DNA of 64,000 nt from contig NC_043000.1 in NCBI RefSeq assembly GCF_006345805.1, positions 150,784,001 through 150,848,000 on the forward strand, given 5' to 3'. This DNA is from Octopus sinensis (taxonomy: Eukaryota). Of the stretch, positions 1 through 12,701 are shown piece after piece; position 1 is the first letter of the stretch, and every line of letters starts with the position of its first letter. A program made the position numbers and the translations under genes. Below the pieces are notes generated by a model, which had not been told where the DNA came from, made no database searches, and saw only the letters and a list, made by a program, of their open reading frames with translations.

Positions 1-214
1 AGGACAAACTATATTGTCATGAATGTAGCCCTGTTCTTTACACTAAACAAACAAGCAAACAAAGACCCTGTCATTACAGCAATTACAATATTTGAGCCAT
101 TACAGGCTTCATTTATTCTATCATTTATATAGAAAAAAATTGAGTATATTTGGTGTATTTTTGTGAGTGCTAATTGTCTTTGAGATAAAATCTCATGTTG
201 TATTTTGTGTGTAT

Positions 215-950
215 CCACCAGTGTATATAAGTGTGTGTGCGCATGTATTTGTTTGATAATCAAGCAATTTCTGATACATATGTTATAGTAAAATATGTCC
301 AAAACAATAAAATCTTTCTCTGCTTTCACTATTATAAGTTTCATACATACTCATGTCGTATGCTTGTATGTATATATATTTATGTGTGTAAACATATATA
401 CTCATGTATCTGTATACATGCTCTGTGAATACATGTGTAAGTGTGTGTATATGTGTACATATGCATACATATGTACACACATACTTATGCATTTGTGTGT
501 GTGCATGCATGTACACACACACACACACACACACATACACACTCACACACACACACACACACAGAGTTTTTAGTTTGAATAATCAACAAAACTTTGAGAT
601 ATTGTCAACATACTTGCAATAAATATACATGTATTGAGTCCTCTGTCAACGTTTGTTATTATTTAAAAAACACACTTATTTTAAATATGTATGTGTGTCT
701 GTGTGTGCATATGTGTGTATGTATAATAAATTGTGTGTGTGTATATATTTTAAATTTTTGTGTGTGTATATTATGCATGTATATATATGTATGCATTCAT
801 ATATACATACGCATGTGTGTGTGGGGTTTGCATGTGCCTGTATGAATATATACATGCATACTTGCATGTATATACAAACATCTACCCATAAATTTGTGCA
901 TTTATGTATATCTACATGTGCTTGTATGGGAATATATATATATATATGCT
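215..950. repeat. Degenerate (TG)/(TA)/(CA) low-complexity field
   Basis: Direct reading. It generates the C/V/Y/H-rich ORFs in the track. Confidence 0.9.
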
Positions 951-3900
951 GCTAGGTTTTAATAATTTAACAATTTAATACATCTGTGTATTCTAAAAAC
1001 ATACTAGTATACAAAGTAAGTAATGCAAATTATTGCATTTACTATAGCAGACTGCCTTCATAATACATCTGTTGATGGTACATATGTACATGTATATATA
1101 TATATATATATACATACACACACATACACACACACTCACATACATACATATGTGTGTGCATGTGTGTGTGGTATATATATATAAAAGGCATCAACATCTT
1201 ATTTCATATGGTCTAAAATAATAAAACTTGAAGTGTGACAATTATTTTCTGGTGGCGAAATTTTATTTATTCTATATTATTCATGCTCCCTTTGTAATAA
1301 ATCAGTCTTATTCAAATTTTTTTCTTGCTCTGAAACAGGTAAACATTTGGGATATCTTGTAACTTCAGTCTAATTATATTATTGTGCACATATTTCTTGA
1401 TATGTTTGGTGATTTTTTAGGGAATTCAGATGCTAAGATAGAATATCTTAGCATCTGAAAACTATCTCAATGTTTCTTTCTGTTTCTATTTTTCCGAAAT
1501 TTCAGATGATATTTCATGTTTACATTGTTCAGATTAAACTAATTTCCTGACATTTTCGGCACCTTTATCTGTAGAATATATTGTTTGATTTTGAAACCGA
1601 AATTGCATTATGCTATTTTGTGAGAATTTATTAGAGAATATTATGAAATCTTTTCCCCTCATTTCTTGAATTTTAATCTTTGTATTTTTACAATATTGTT
1701 ATTAATTTTGGTTCTATTCATTGGAGAAACCTCTGGGATTTTTCTTCTATGTTTTTTCTCTCTCAATATACACATTTTATTTTTTGGAAGGAAACTCATA
1801 AAACTGTTATTGTCTGAAGAAAAAAAAAAAGAACTCATAAAATTGCTGCTAAATAGATATAAAAGTATCTTACCTGCCATGTATGATTGGAGCTATTCTA
1901 ATATAGCGCTGCTACTACACAACACGTTGATACACTTGCACCTCGACTGTAGTGCTGCTTTGACTTTGAAGTGAGTGAAAGCAGAACATGGCTCAAGCAA
2001 GCAAGGAAGTGGGCAAGCCAACATTATTTCTATCACACATACATACACACACACACACATGCACTGGCATGCACACACAGATACACGCATGCACGCACAC
2101 ACACACAGTTACTACTCTGTGTGTGTGAATAGTGAGTTAGGAGTTTATAGTCAGCCGTAAAATCTTCTCTTCAATTGATCCAGTTCTCCAATACTTATAA
2201 TCAAGTATATCTATGAAAAGTCAGCTTCCTCCTTACTTCTACTACTTGTGCAGTTTTCCTTCCCAGTGTTCCTCCATATGCTTGTTAATATAATTGAGTA
2301 AAAATATTTGTCTCATTTTTCTCTGCAGGATTTATCTTTATTATCAGTGTATTTGTGCATGGAGGCATTTTCTTCTGCATAATCTCCATTGCTATATGTG
2401 GTTCTGTGTCTACTACTCTTCAAAATATGGTATGGCTTAATAAATAATTTATGCCATGTATATGGCTATTTCTCTCTCTCTATCTTTTTTTTTTTTAATT
2501 TCTCTTTCTATCCCTATTCCAGTCTTTATTATGCAATGTAGTTTTATTCAGTTTTTGTGAGAATTTCCAAAGTATTTGAAATGTATTCTTCTGTATCCTT
2601 TTCCAAATTTATAGCCAAGGGTTCGTGATATTTAAAAATTAAAAAGACATATTTTCAATTATTATACTCTTAGGAGACAGTTGCACTCCTGCGTGTGTGT
2701 TGATTGCTACACAAGGGTAGATATTTTCACATGCTATATAATTCTGAAAATTGAGTTATTCTTAAAATGCTCATTCTTAATAAATGAATTATTATTTTCT
2801 TTGAAATTTGATTTTAATACTTATCATTATTTTTAATAGATAAAGCTACCAGTTGGTTATATTATTGTGAATACAAATAACCTTAAAGAAATGTTGAAGT
2901 TTTATGAAAATATTGTTGAATATACTAGTTTGCTTCTCTATACACACTCATTAAGTATTTTACTTTTAATAAAAAAGAATTGTTTTTTTTCTCTATTTTG
3001 CTATCTATGTTTAGTCCTTGACTGCCAGAGATAAAAATAGAATTGAAATTTATACTTTGTTTTACAATAACCATATGAAAATCTTTGATTTTTCCTAAAA
3101 TAGAATAAAATGATTGGAAATTTTATGTGGATGCCTCTTATTAGGAATGAAGCTACTGCTGGAAATATCTCTCATATTGTTGACCTGGCTATTGCTGCTA
3201 ATAAAAATATTCAATTCAGCACTTTCATGCCAACTGCTGTGGGGATTTTCCTCAGAATTGTTTTTATCTGTTTTGTAGCCTTCCCGAAATCAAAAAAAAT
3301 AGCTTGCAATATTTAGACAATAATACTGGTTGACTGGTTAGAATTATTGTTGCAGTTTATTTTTTTGATGTGGGTGTGAAGTCTTTCCTAAACAGAAGCC
3401 AGTTTAATATGTCTTTTCTTTAATATTATTTCACATTATTAGAAAAAATATGGTTTTTAGTTTTATTCTAAACCTTATTCTAAAATATAACAAAACCAAT
3501 TTTAGAGTAAACGAGGTCAATTTTATGTAGGAAACATTTATTCTAAGTCTAGGTATTTCTCGTCCTATTCCATATTGACTATTTTTATAGTTTACCTAAA
3601 ACATTGACGACATCTGCCGTCATTCATGTCATGGGTTTATCTTCCACTCCTTATGTGTCTTTGTTTTTTGTTTTTATTTTATATCTTATGTTGTATCAGT
3701 TCTAGTCCTTATACACTTATACCTGCTAATATCCCATAATAACAACTATAGATAACTCTTAGTATGATAACTATTCTTTTTCTTTTTGTGTGTGGTTTTT
3801 ACCAAACATTCATGTTTATTCTCTTATAAATAATTGAGTAGCAGATTTAGAAAAAAAAAAATTTGAAAAATTAAAAAAATAACCTATTTCAATTCTAGAA

Positions 3901-4844
3901 AGTTTAATCCTCCAGTGAACTTTGTGCATTGTTGTGAAGATAATGAGAAACAGGCATATTGTGGTTAAAAGTTAAAAAACAAAATAAAACAAACTTTGAT
4001 TAATTTTTTTTTATATGAGTTATTGAATTTGAAAATAAAAGAGAGGTTATTTAAAATGAAATTTCTATTTATATATATCTTCAAGAATAAAAAAAAAATG
4101 GGATGGGGATAAGTGAGTATATGAAACAGTTTGTGTAATCAAGTTCACTAGTTTTTTAATAAAGGAAGCCAACATTTTTTTGTTATATTGATATATTTCA
4201 TTCACTAGTTTTGATTAAAGTCTTTTCTCTTTCGACTAGGCACAGAGCCAAGTTTTGTTAATTTCAAACCGGTATTTATTTAAATATCTAACTGATGTTT
4301 ATTTCATAGTTTCAGAAGGATGAAAGTTAAAGTCAAACCAGCATTATTTGGACTTAGAACATAGAATATTGAAACTAAGTATTATAATACATGCTTTTTA
4401 ATACTCCCTTTTAATTCTACCTTAAGTGCATGCATATATTTGCATACTTTTTTCTGCCTTGGCGTAGAACTTTTCATAGCCATCAACATAAACTTTCTCA
4501 CTCATAAGGCTTGTATGTTCTGAAAATGTAACTTTCTCAAGTAAAGTGCACTTCATATTCAAGGCTCTGATGAAGCTATAGGATGTTATCCTGGTACTCA
4601 ACTAAGAGTCCACCACATCTTATAGCAGAAACAGCTGTAAGCTAATGCAGTTCATTATGTAACATTTGATTTTTTTCAGTGTCATCTTTTTGTTTTCTAT
4701 TACCACTCTATACTCACATAACATTGTGTTCTGGATCATCCGTATATTGAGTTCTACACCAGGTTATTACTCTTGCTTTGCCAAAGTGAAACAATAAAAT
4801 ATAATGCATTCTACATTTGCATTTATTCTAAACAATAAAATGAT

Positions 4845-5307
4845 AGCAATAATAAATCTCTGAATGAGATATACACAGTAACTGCACAACAATCTGAGGT
4901 ATACTTGCCATCTCAATATGGCTAACCACTAAGGGTGGGTGTTACTGTAGCTTGTAGCCCCAGGAGAACATCCTCTCCAGCGGCTTTAGGCACACTTTCT
5001 GTGCCCTTATGGTATTTGCAAAAGGAGGTCACCCTTCCCTCGTCAACCTAAGTGATACACACGGACTGCAGTTTCTAGGTTTTGACCTGTCCTCAGCGTA
5101 CGACAATCACTGGTTTTCGATGGAAGGAGATCCCAATGCAAATACTTTTATCGTTTTTCCAGTAACTTTTCGTCACTGATTTCGAAAAACTGTCTGCAAG
5201 CAATAATAAATCTCTGAACGAGATATAAACAGTAGCTGCACGACAATGTGAGGTATACTTGCCATCTCAATATGGCTAACCACTAAGGGTGGGTGTTACT
5301 GTAGCTT
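4845..5307 (-). mobile_element. Retrozyme or Penelope pseudo-LTR-like element, 1.3 copies of a 354-bp monomer
   Basis: 109-bp direct repeats at 4845-4953 and 5199-5307 (5 mismatches by eye) bracket the hammerhead. No ORF. Confidence 0.65.
5033..5127 (-). ncRNA. Type I hammerhead ribozyme
   Basis: Minus strand reads CGUACG-CUGAGGA-C-AGGU(CAAA)ACCU-A-GAAA-C(UGCA)G-UC^CGUGUG. It has the catalytic core, a 4-bp stem II, a palindromic ACUGCAGU stem III, a GUC cleavage site between 5064 and 5063, and an extended stem I. Confidence 0.8.
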
Positions 5308-5877
5308 TAAGATACATAGTAAACATTGACATTTTTAATGTCTTAATTACTTAAGCTTCATTTAACAGTTCCATTGTCAGCAACAGCTCTCTCAGATATC
5401 AAAATTTATAGTTTAAATTGCTTGAATTAAGATATAGTTGCTTACCTTTGAAGTCTTGAGTTATTTCCTACATCATCTTGTGATGCACACGGAAACATTG
5501 TAAGTGATACTGCCTAGGACCAGTGGGTGCTTTGGGTCATTCAGGTGATCCAACTGGAGTTTATCAAGTTCCAGCCTGTTTCTAGTCTGTACTACCCCCA
5601 GATAACACTACACCTTTCAGAGGTCAAACTTTCTAATCTACAACCACCATAAAGCAAATCTATTTCCTCCATAGCCAACTTGATGGTCTTTTACCTAAGT
5701 GAAGAAATCATTTTGAAAAATGAATTGAAATAACATATGGCAGTCGGGAAATTTTCAAATAACTACTTTTTAGCACAACTTTCATTGTTAATGCCTTATG
5801 CATTCAATCTAGCTGCTAAACCTTATCCTTTGTCTATATCACTATGGTGTAGCTACTCTGTACAACATATCAACTAC

Positions 5878-6305
5878 TCATCATCATCATTGTTTAACGT
5901 CCGTTTTCCATTCTAGCATGGGTTGGACGGTTCAACTGGGGTCTGGGAAGCCAGGAGGCTGCGCCAGGCCCAGTCTGATCTGGCAGAGTTTCTATGGCTG
6001 GATGCCCTTCCTAACGCCAACTACTCCGAGGGTGTAGTGGGTGCTTTTTACGTGCCACCTGCACAGGTGCCTGACGAGGCTGGCAAACGGCCACGATCGG
6101 ATGGTGCTTTTTACGTGCCACCGGCACGGAGGCCAGATGAGGCTGGCAACGGCCACAATCGGATGGTGCTTTTTACGTGCCACCGGCACGGAGGCCAGTT
6201 GCGGTGGCGCTGGCAATAGCCACATACGGACAGTTCTCTTACGTGCCTCAATTTCCATTGATGTTGAAAGATTTCGATTTTGATTTTGATTTTCACTTGC
6301 CTCAC
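5878..6305 (-). mobile_element. 5'-truncated RTE 3'-UTR copy (family A) with internal ~62-bp tandem units and (GAT)n tail
   Basis: Matches the 3' end of the RTE at 46860-48690. Further copies at about 9640-9873(+), 11535-11823(+), 12800-12956(-), 14658-15022(-), 30913-31085(-), 33849-34155(-), 36665-36890(+), 39759-40142(-), 44395-44776(+) and 48770-49190(+). Confidence 0.88.
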
Positions 6306-6579
6306 TCTTTAATCACTTTTATTGAAGAATAAGGCCCTGATGGTTTAGGTTTGGATCACTAGCTCAAAACATTTGAATTCAACACTAACTGCAAGAATTT
6401 CATTGTGTATTTCATCTGTTCAGTCAATTTTATGTGACTCAGTTCATTTTGCCACCAAGAATAGGTTCCATATTGTCAGATGTGATGGACTGAAATTCTG
6501 TCCGGGAAAATGATGTATTCCTTAATTACTTGATGGCATAAAACTTGGATCAAGCTCTGACACATTTACATTTGCAATC

Positions 6580-6581
<2 letters not shown>

Positions 6582-6623
<42 letters not shown>
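6582..6623. repeat. (GA)n microsatellite
   Basis: Direct reading. Confidence 0.97.
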
Positions 6624-6625
<2 letters not shown>

Positions 6626-7232
6626 AACTAATTTCATGTTTATCAGCTCTGTTGAGCTAAAGAAGAGCCTTTATGGGCCTGATATCCCAATATGAGAATT
6701 GAAAAGTGGGCAGACAACTTACCACAGAATTATGATGGTTCTCTATATGTTAAATTTTGTCTAAACACTTTGATGAAGTAAGAACAATTATATGAATGCA
6801 AAATCTAATTTGTCCTGTCATTAAAAATTCCACTAATATTTTAGGGCACTCTTTTGATTTGTCCTTTTTTCAGAACCATGTGATCACTGTGCCTGCTAGA
6901 TATAGCAACCAAATTTCCTTAAACTCACTCTCTCATGTTGCTGTCTTATTATAAGAAGGACATATTAGAGAATGCAATCCTGTATTTACTTGCTCTGTGT
7001 GATATCTTCTTACTGTTGTCAAAACTGAAAATGAAACTTAAGAAATAGCGATTTGACATCTCAACTTTCTAGAACAATCTTTAGGCAAAACCATATTCCA
7101 TAACAGTTGAGGACTTCCAGTTTTGCCTCCATGAATTGTAGGAATTCTAGAACAAATGCATATTAGCCATAAGATTATTTTGAAGCACATAATACTGGTG
7201 CATTTTCCTTCAAATGTAAACTTCTAGAAATT

Positions 7233-7460
7233 TTAACCCTTTCGTTACCAATCCGGCTGAAACTGGCTCTGGCTCTGAGTACAAATGTCTTATTTTCATA
7301 AGTTTTGAATTAAAATCTTCCATCAAACCTTAGTTGCAATTTATGTTCCTAACACTAGCTTAATGAGAACTAAGATATTTTACTAAATTCTTTGATATAT
7401 TTAAAGTAATTGAAAGAAACACAGAGAATCTCAAAATAAATACAGTAACGAAAGGATTAA
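7233..7460 (+). mobile_element. piggyBac-like MITE (228 bp including TTAA flanks)
   Basis: ttaaccctttcgttac ... gtaacgaaaggattaa. Homologous to 52416-52643. Confidence 0.85.
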
Positions 7461-7734
7461 AGATCTACTCTTTTACTGAAGTTTTGGATTAGTGAAGGAA
7501 GTGATCATAGAATTTTGTACACTTGTTTATTCTATTTATCTCTTTTGGGAACTGTACAAGACACCTGGCTGTCAAGTCAGTGGTTCATACGTCAATGCTG
7601 TGTTCTATCTGTAGCCAAGAGATTGAACTTTCAGATGGTCTAATTCTCATAGCTGTATAATAGGTACCACAGGGTAGGAATAAAGATTTATTCAATTTTA
7701 AATACATTGTAAAACTAATGATTGTTTCTTAGCC

Positions 7735-7852
7735 TGCGTGGCATCTTGGGCAAGTGTCTTCTGCTATAGCCCCGGGCCGACCAATGCCTTGTGAGTGGAT
7801 TTGGTAGATGGAAACTGAAAGAAGCCTGTCGTATATATATATATATATATGA

Positions 7853-7917
<65 letters not shown>

Positions 7918-8135
7918 ATGTGTGTGTGTGTGTGTGTTTGTGTGTCTGTGTTTGTCCCCCTAGTATTGCTTGACAACCGATGCTGGTGTGTTTACGTCCC
8001 TGTCACTTAGCGGTTCAGCAAAAGAGACCGATAGAATAAATACTGGGCTTACAAAGAAGGGTCGATTTGCTCGACTAAAGGCGGTGCTCCAGCATGGCCG
8101 TAGTCAATTGACTGAAACGAGTAAAAGAGTAAAAG
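7735..8135 (+). mobile_element. SINE family B copy, 5'-truncated
   Basis: Identity to 24958-25365 from ctgcgtggcatcttggg onward. Confidence 0.9.
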
Positions 8136-8864
8136 AGCCTGTGGAACTGAGTAAAATTCCTCTCCATGCTGTACCAAGGGTATAATTTGAAGAAGAATGG
8201 AGGTCAATCAAACTGGTGTGTTCTTGATGCACAACACGGCGACTCTTTTATTTAGTGTTACACTTTGCAGTCAATGGATTGTGAGAAATCATCGTTTTAC
8301 TACTGCTGCTTACATAGTAATCAGTTCAAAGCAAATAGCAACAAAAATAATCATCAGCTGAGACTGATGCAGCAGGGAAGTTGTTTGTCTGATTTCTTCA
8401 AAGGTTTAATTTCCTGTCGTAACTCAATTATTCTAACCCTGAAATAATCATGTAACCTACTCTGGTAGCTATTCTCATCATCATCATTTTTCGAGATAGC
8501 TCAATAACTTTGGCATTTCAGTCAGTTTTATGATGCAGTAACTATGTCAAACATCAGTGCTATCTTAAACTGTACACAGTTACACATTTGTCAGCTATTC
8601 GCAGCCTAATTTCTCTCTACCCATGATAGTAATTATTTAGAAGAGTTGAAATAAAAAAATAGAATATTGTCAATTCTTAGTGAAATAAAATTTCATTTCA
8701 TTTCACAGCAAGTGTCTGGAGTGGATGTAAGCATTCAGTGGTGAGAATTCAAAGCCTGGTTTCAAACTCTGATGCATTTGGATTCATTTATTCTACTTTG
8801 CGTGTGGGAAAAGTCATGAGCGACAGAATAGCTTATTTTCCTTCCCTTGTGACTTAGAATTTAT

Positions 8865-9275
8865 ATACTCTTTTTACTCTTTTACTTGTTTCAGTCATTT
8901 GACTGCGGCCATGCTGGAGCACCGCCTTTAGTCGAGCAAATCGACCCCGGGACTTATTCTTTGTAAGCCCAGTACTTATTCTATCGGTCTCTTTTTGCCT
9001 GCCGAACCGCTAAGTGACGGGAACGTAAACACACCAGCATCGGTTGTCAAGCAATGCTAGGGGGCCAAACACAGACACACAAACACACACATACATATAT
9101 ATACTTATATACGACAGGCTTCTTTCAGTTTCCGTCTACCAAATCCACTCACAAGGCATTGGTCGGCCCGGGGCTATAGCAGAAGACACTTGCCCAAGAT
9201 GCCACGCAGTGGGACTGAACCCGGAACCATGTGGTTGGTTAGCAAGCTACTTACCACATAGCCACTCCTGCGCCT
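8865..9275 (-). mobile_element. SINE family B copy
   Basis: Reverse complement of 24958-25365. Confidence 0.9.
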
Positions 9276-9456
9276 TTTTGGTTTATATGTGTAATTAAAT
9301 ACATTATTACACTTACTGTAAATATTGTATATATAATATGAATTATGCGTAAAGTGTGCAATGCTGCATGTTTGGGCAAAGTCATGAATCACAGATTGTC
9401 TTATTTCCTTTTTTATTCATCCTCATCATCCTCAGCCACATCATCATCATCAGCCA

Positions 9457-9487
<31 letters not shown>

Positions 9488-10984
9488 TTGTTCATTTCCC
9501 CATGTTTGCATGGGTCAGATGGAATTTGTCAAAGTGGATTTTCTACAGCCAAATGCCCTTCCTGTCACCAATCCTCACCTGCTTCCAAGCTAGGTAATAT
9601 TTCACTATGTCCAGACGTTTTTTCGGTGGCATGTAAAAAGCACCATCCGATCGTGGCCGTTTGCCAGCTCCGTCTGGCACCTGTGCAGGTGGCACGTAAA
9701 AAGCACCCACTACACTCACGGAGTGGTTGGCGTTAGGAAGGGCATCCAGCCATAGAAACACTGCCAGATCAGACTGGGCCTGGCGCAGCCTTCTGGCTTC
9801 ACAGACCCCTGTTGAACCGTCCAACCCATGCTAGCATGGAAAGCGGATGCTAAATGATGATGATGATGATGAAATGAAGGGCACTGCTTGAATAGTGGTG
9901 ACACTCATTTACAACAATCATGCAAAGCCAAGTCTAGGAGATAGTAACACACACACACACACACACTGGGCTTCTATCCAGTTTCTATCTGCCAAATCCA
10001 GTCGCAAGGCTTTGAGCAGCCTGTGGCTATAGTAGGAGGCACAGTGTGACTGAACCAAAGACCATCTGGTAAGGAAGGAAACTTCTTTTTCTATACAGCT
10101 CTACCTGCACCAATGCCATGTTTGTTCTTCACTTTCGACATAAAATTTATGTCACTTATCTTTTACTGTGGTCATGCTGGGGCATTGCCCTGGAGAATTT
10201 TAGTTGAATATACCCCAGTACCTTGTTTTCTTTTAAGCCTAGTACTTATTTTATTGGCCTCTTTTGCTGAGCCACTAAGTTATGGAGATGTAAACACACC
10301 AATGCTGCTTGCCAAGAATTAGTGAGGACACACACACGCATGCATGCACACACGTGATAGTTTTCTTTTAGTTTCTTATTTCTTTATTGCCCACAAGGGG
10401 CTAAACGTAGAGGGGACAAACAAGGACAGACAAACGGATTGAGTTGATTACATCAACCTCAGTGCGTAACTGGTTCTTAATTCATTGACTCCTGAAAGGA
10501 TGAAAGGCAAAGTTGACCTTGGCATAATTTGAACTCAGAACGCAGTGGCATATGAAATACCACAAAGCATTTCACCCGGTGTGCTAACGTTTCTGCCAGC
10601 TCGCCGCCTTTAGTTTCTGTCTACCAAATCCACTCACAAGGCATTGGTCAGCCTGAGGCTATAGTAGGAAACATTTGTCCAAGGTGTTACACAGTGGGAC
10701 TGAACCTGGAACCATGTGGTTGGGAAGCAACCTTCTTACCACACAGTCATGCCTGCACCGATATGTATATCTTTCAGTTTCCGTGTACCAAATCCACTCA
10801 CAAGGCTTTGGTTGGCCCGAGGCTATAGTAGCAGACACTTGCCCAAGGTGCCACGCAGTGGGACTGAACCCGGAGCCATGTGGTTTGTAAACAAGCTACT
10901 TAGCACACAACCACTCCTGCGCCTATGTAATTAAATAAAAGATTATGCTTATTGTACATGTTGCATATGGAAATTGTATTCTGT

Positions 10985-11400
10985 GTAAAGTGTGCAATGG
11001 AGCATGACAGAGAGAAATGGAGCGTTTAATGAGTAAGATCTGCAATGACTAGAGAGAAATGAATCAGGTATGATACGTTGGCTGTGTAATGTTAACTTAT
11101 GTAAAAATCAGAACATTAGTGTGCTAAGAGAGTGTTTAAATTTTATCAGCATCAGGAATGTTTCAAACAAGAAGACTATTAATATAGACATAAAAAAAAG
11201 TCATGGAGGGGCGGTGTATGAAAAAACTGATAACAAAAAAAACTGCTGTGCATTTGGCTCATAGAAATATAAGGCTGATGAAATGATGAACTTAGATTTT
11301 GGAATGTGGTGTTTCAAACATGTGATGACGGCATTATGATTGGCAAGATTTTCTGGACTTCTGTCTCGTCTCACACACATGCCAAAATAGAAAAATGGTA
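10985..11400 (+). mobile_element. Decayed RTE LINE C-terminal fragment
   Basis: MIRWLCNVNL...SVLRECLNFISIR resembles MLRWMCNVS...LREKLGIRGIR. Confidence 0.6.
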
Positions 11401-11859
11401 TTCAGTCAATGGTGATGATTATGCAAGGTTTGCTTAAAATACTTCATATTCATTTTAAGGAGTATTAATGAGAAAGGGGAATCTAATGAAGTAAAAAATA
11501 GATATATATATATATATATATATATTTATAGTTTCCGAATGTGGCCGTTTGCTAGCCTCGCCTGGCCTCTGTACTGGTGGCACGTAAAAAGTACCATCCG
11601 ATCATGGCCGTTTGCCAGCCTCGTCTGGCACCTGTGCTGGTGGCACGTAAAAAGCACCCACTACACTCATGGAGTGGCTGGTGTTAGGAAGGGTATCCAG
11701 CCATAGAAACATTGCCAGATCAGACTGGGCCTGGTGCAACCTTCTGGCTTCCCAGACCCCAGTTGCACCGTCCAACCCATGCCAGCATGGAAAGCGGACG
11801 CTAAACGATGATGATGATGATGATAGAATTCACAAAAAAAAAAAAGATGAAGGACAGGT

Positions 11860-12010
11860 GTATAAATAACAAACAGGTGTATTAGTTTAACATTCGGGGA
11901 GGTAAGAATGTCTTTTATGTTTCAAGCGTATGCTCTTCAACAGAAAGGAACATGAGAAAATAAACAAAAAGGGAGAATAAAAACAGCTTTAGTGGCTAGT
12001 GGTCGATCAT
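11860..12010 (-). mobile_element. Penelope-like terminal-repeat fragment with degenerate minimal hammerhead motif
   Basis: Minus strand reads UUCCUUU-CUGUUGA-A-GAGC(AUAC)GCUU-GAAA-CA-UA-AAAGAC. Same architecture as 35820-36013. Confidence 0.5.
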
Positions 12011-12661
12011 GGTGGCTGCCTGGATGGAATATACAGGAATATATATTCCTATATCCATCTTCATAACCAACTTACCAAATTCTAAAACATCAAATAAATC
12101 ATTCTTTCTTCCTACGGAAATGAATACACTGTCAAAAATTAAGTTATTGACAAGAGGAAAATTTCAGCTGGATGGAGGTGGTCAGACAGAAGCTATACAC
12201 ATATATATATATAATGATTTTAAAGTTAAAGGATTATGGTTTAGAAAGTATGTGTTAAATGCAGTATCCAAACCTTGTTTCTGGGTAAGTCATGTGCCCA
12301 TGGAGGAGGTTCACCACTTATGGCTACTGGGCATCATCAGCGATACTTTGCATTCATCGTTGGATCAACTTCCAGGAATTCCAGGATGCAAGTAACATCA
12401 TGACTCCAAATAAAAAACACACACCCTCACCCCATAATGATTCCATTCCTATATATTTTTTTATCTTCATTTGAACATATCCACCTTGAAATGTAAGTCC
12501 CTGCACTTAAAAGCATATTATGCCACCTGAGGAGTTTTCTTTGCACTGTGCATTGCATCTCCTGTTATTGAACCATTCCACATCCACTAGGGAGCAGTGC
12601 AGCATCGTAAAGATGAAACAATTGTCATGATAATAAATTGCTTTGTATGTATGTATGTATG

Positions 12662-12701
<40 letters not shown>

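Noticed and set aside
5438-5499. LSYFLHHLVMHTET|GTAAGT resembling RELCH ...LASFL...SLHTE
   Set aside because: Spacing differs by about 8 residues, the acceptor is weak, and the phase does not fit the exon at 52724.
5923-6305. Recurrent ORFs such as MDGSTGVWEARR... and MSSNARGTNTDTQT...
   Set aside because: They recur in every RTE-tail or SINE copy and are non-coding repeat translations.
7580-7640. VVHTS motif identical to a RELCH pentapeptide
   Set aside because: Flanks do not align and there are no splice sites.
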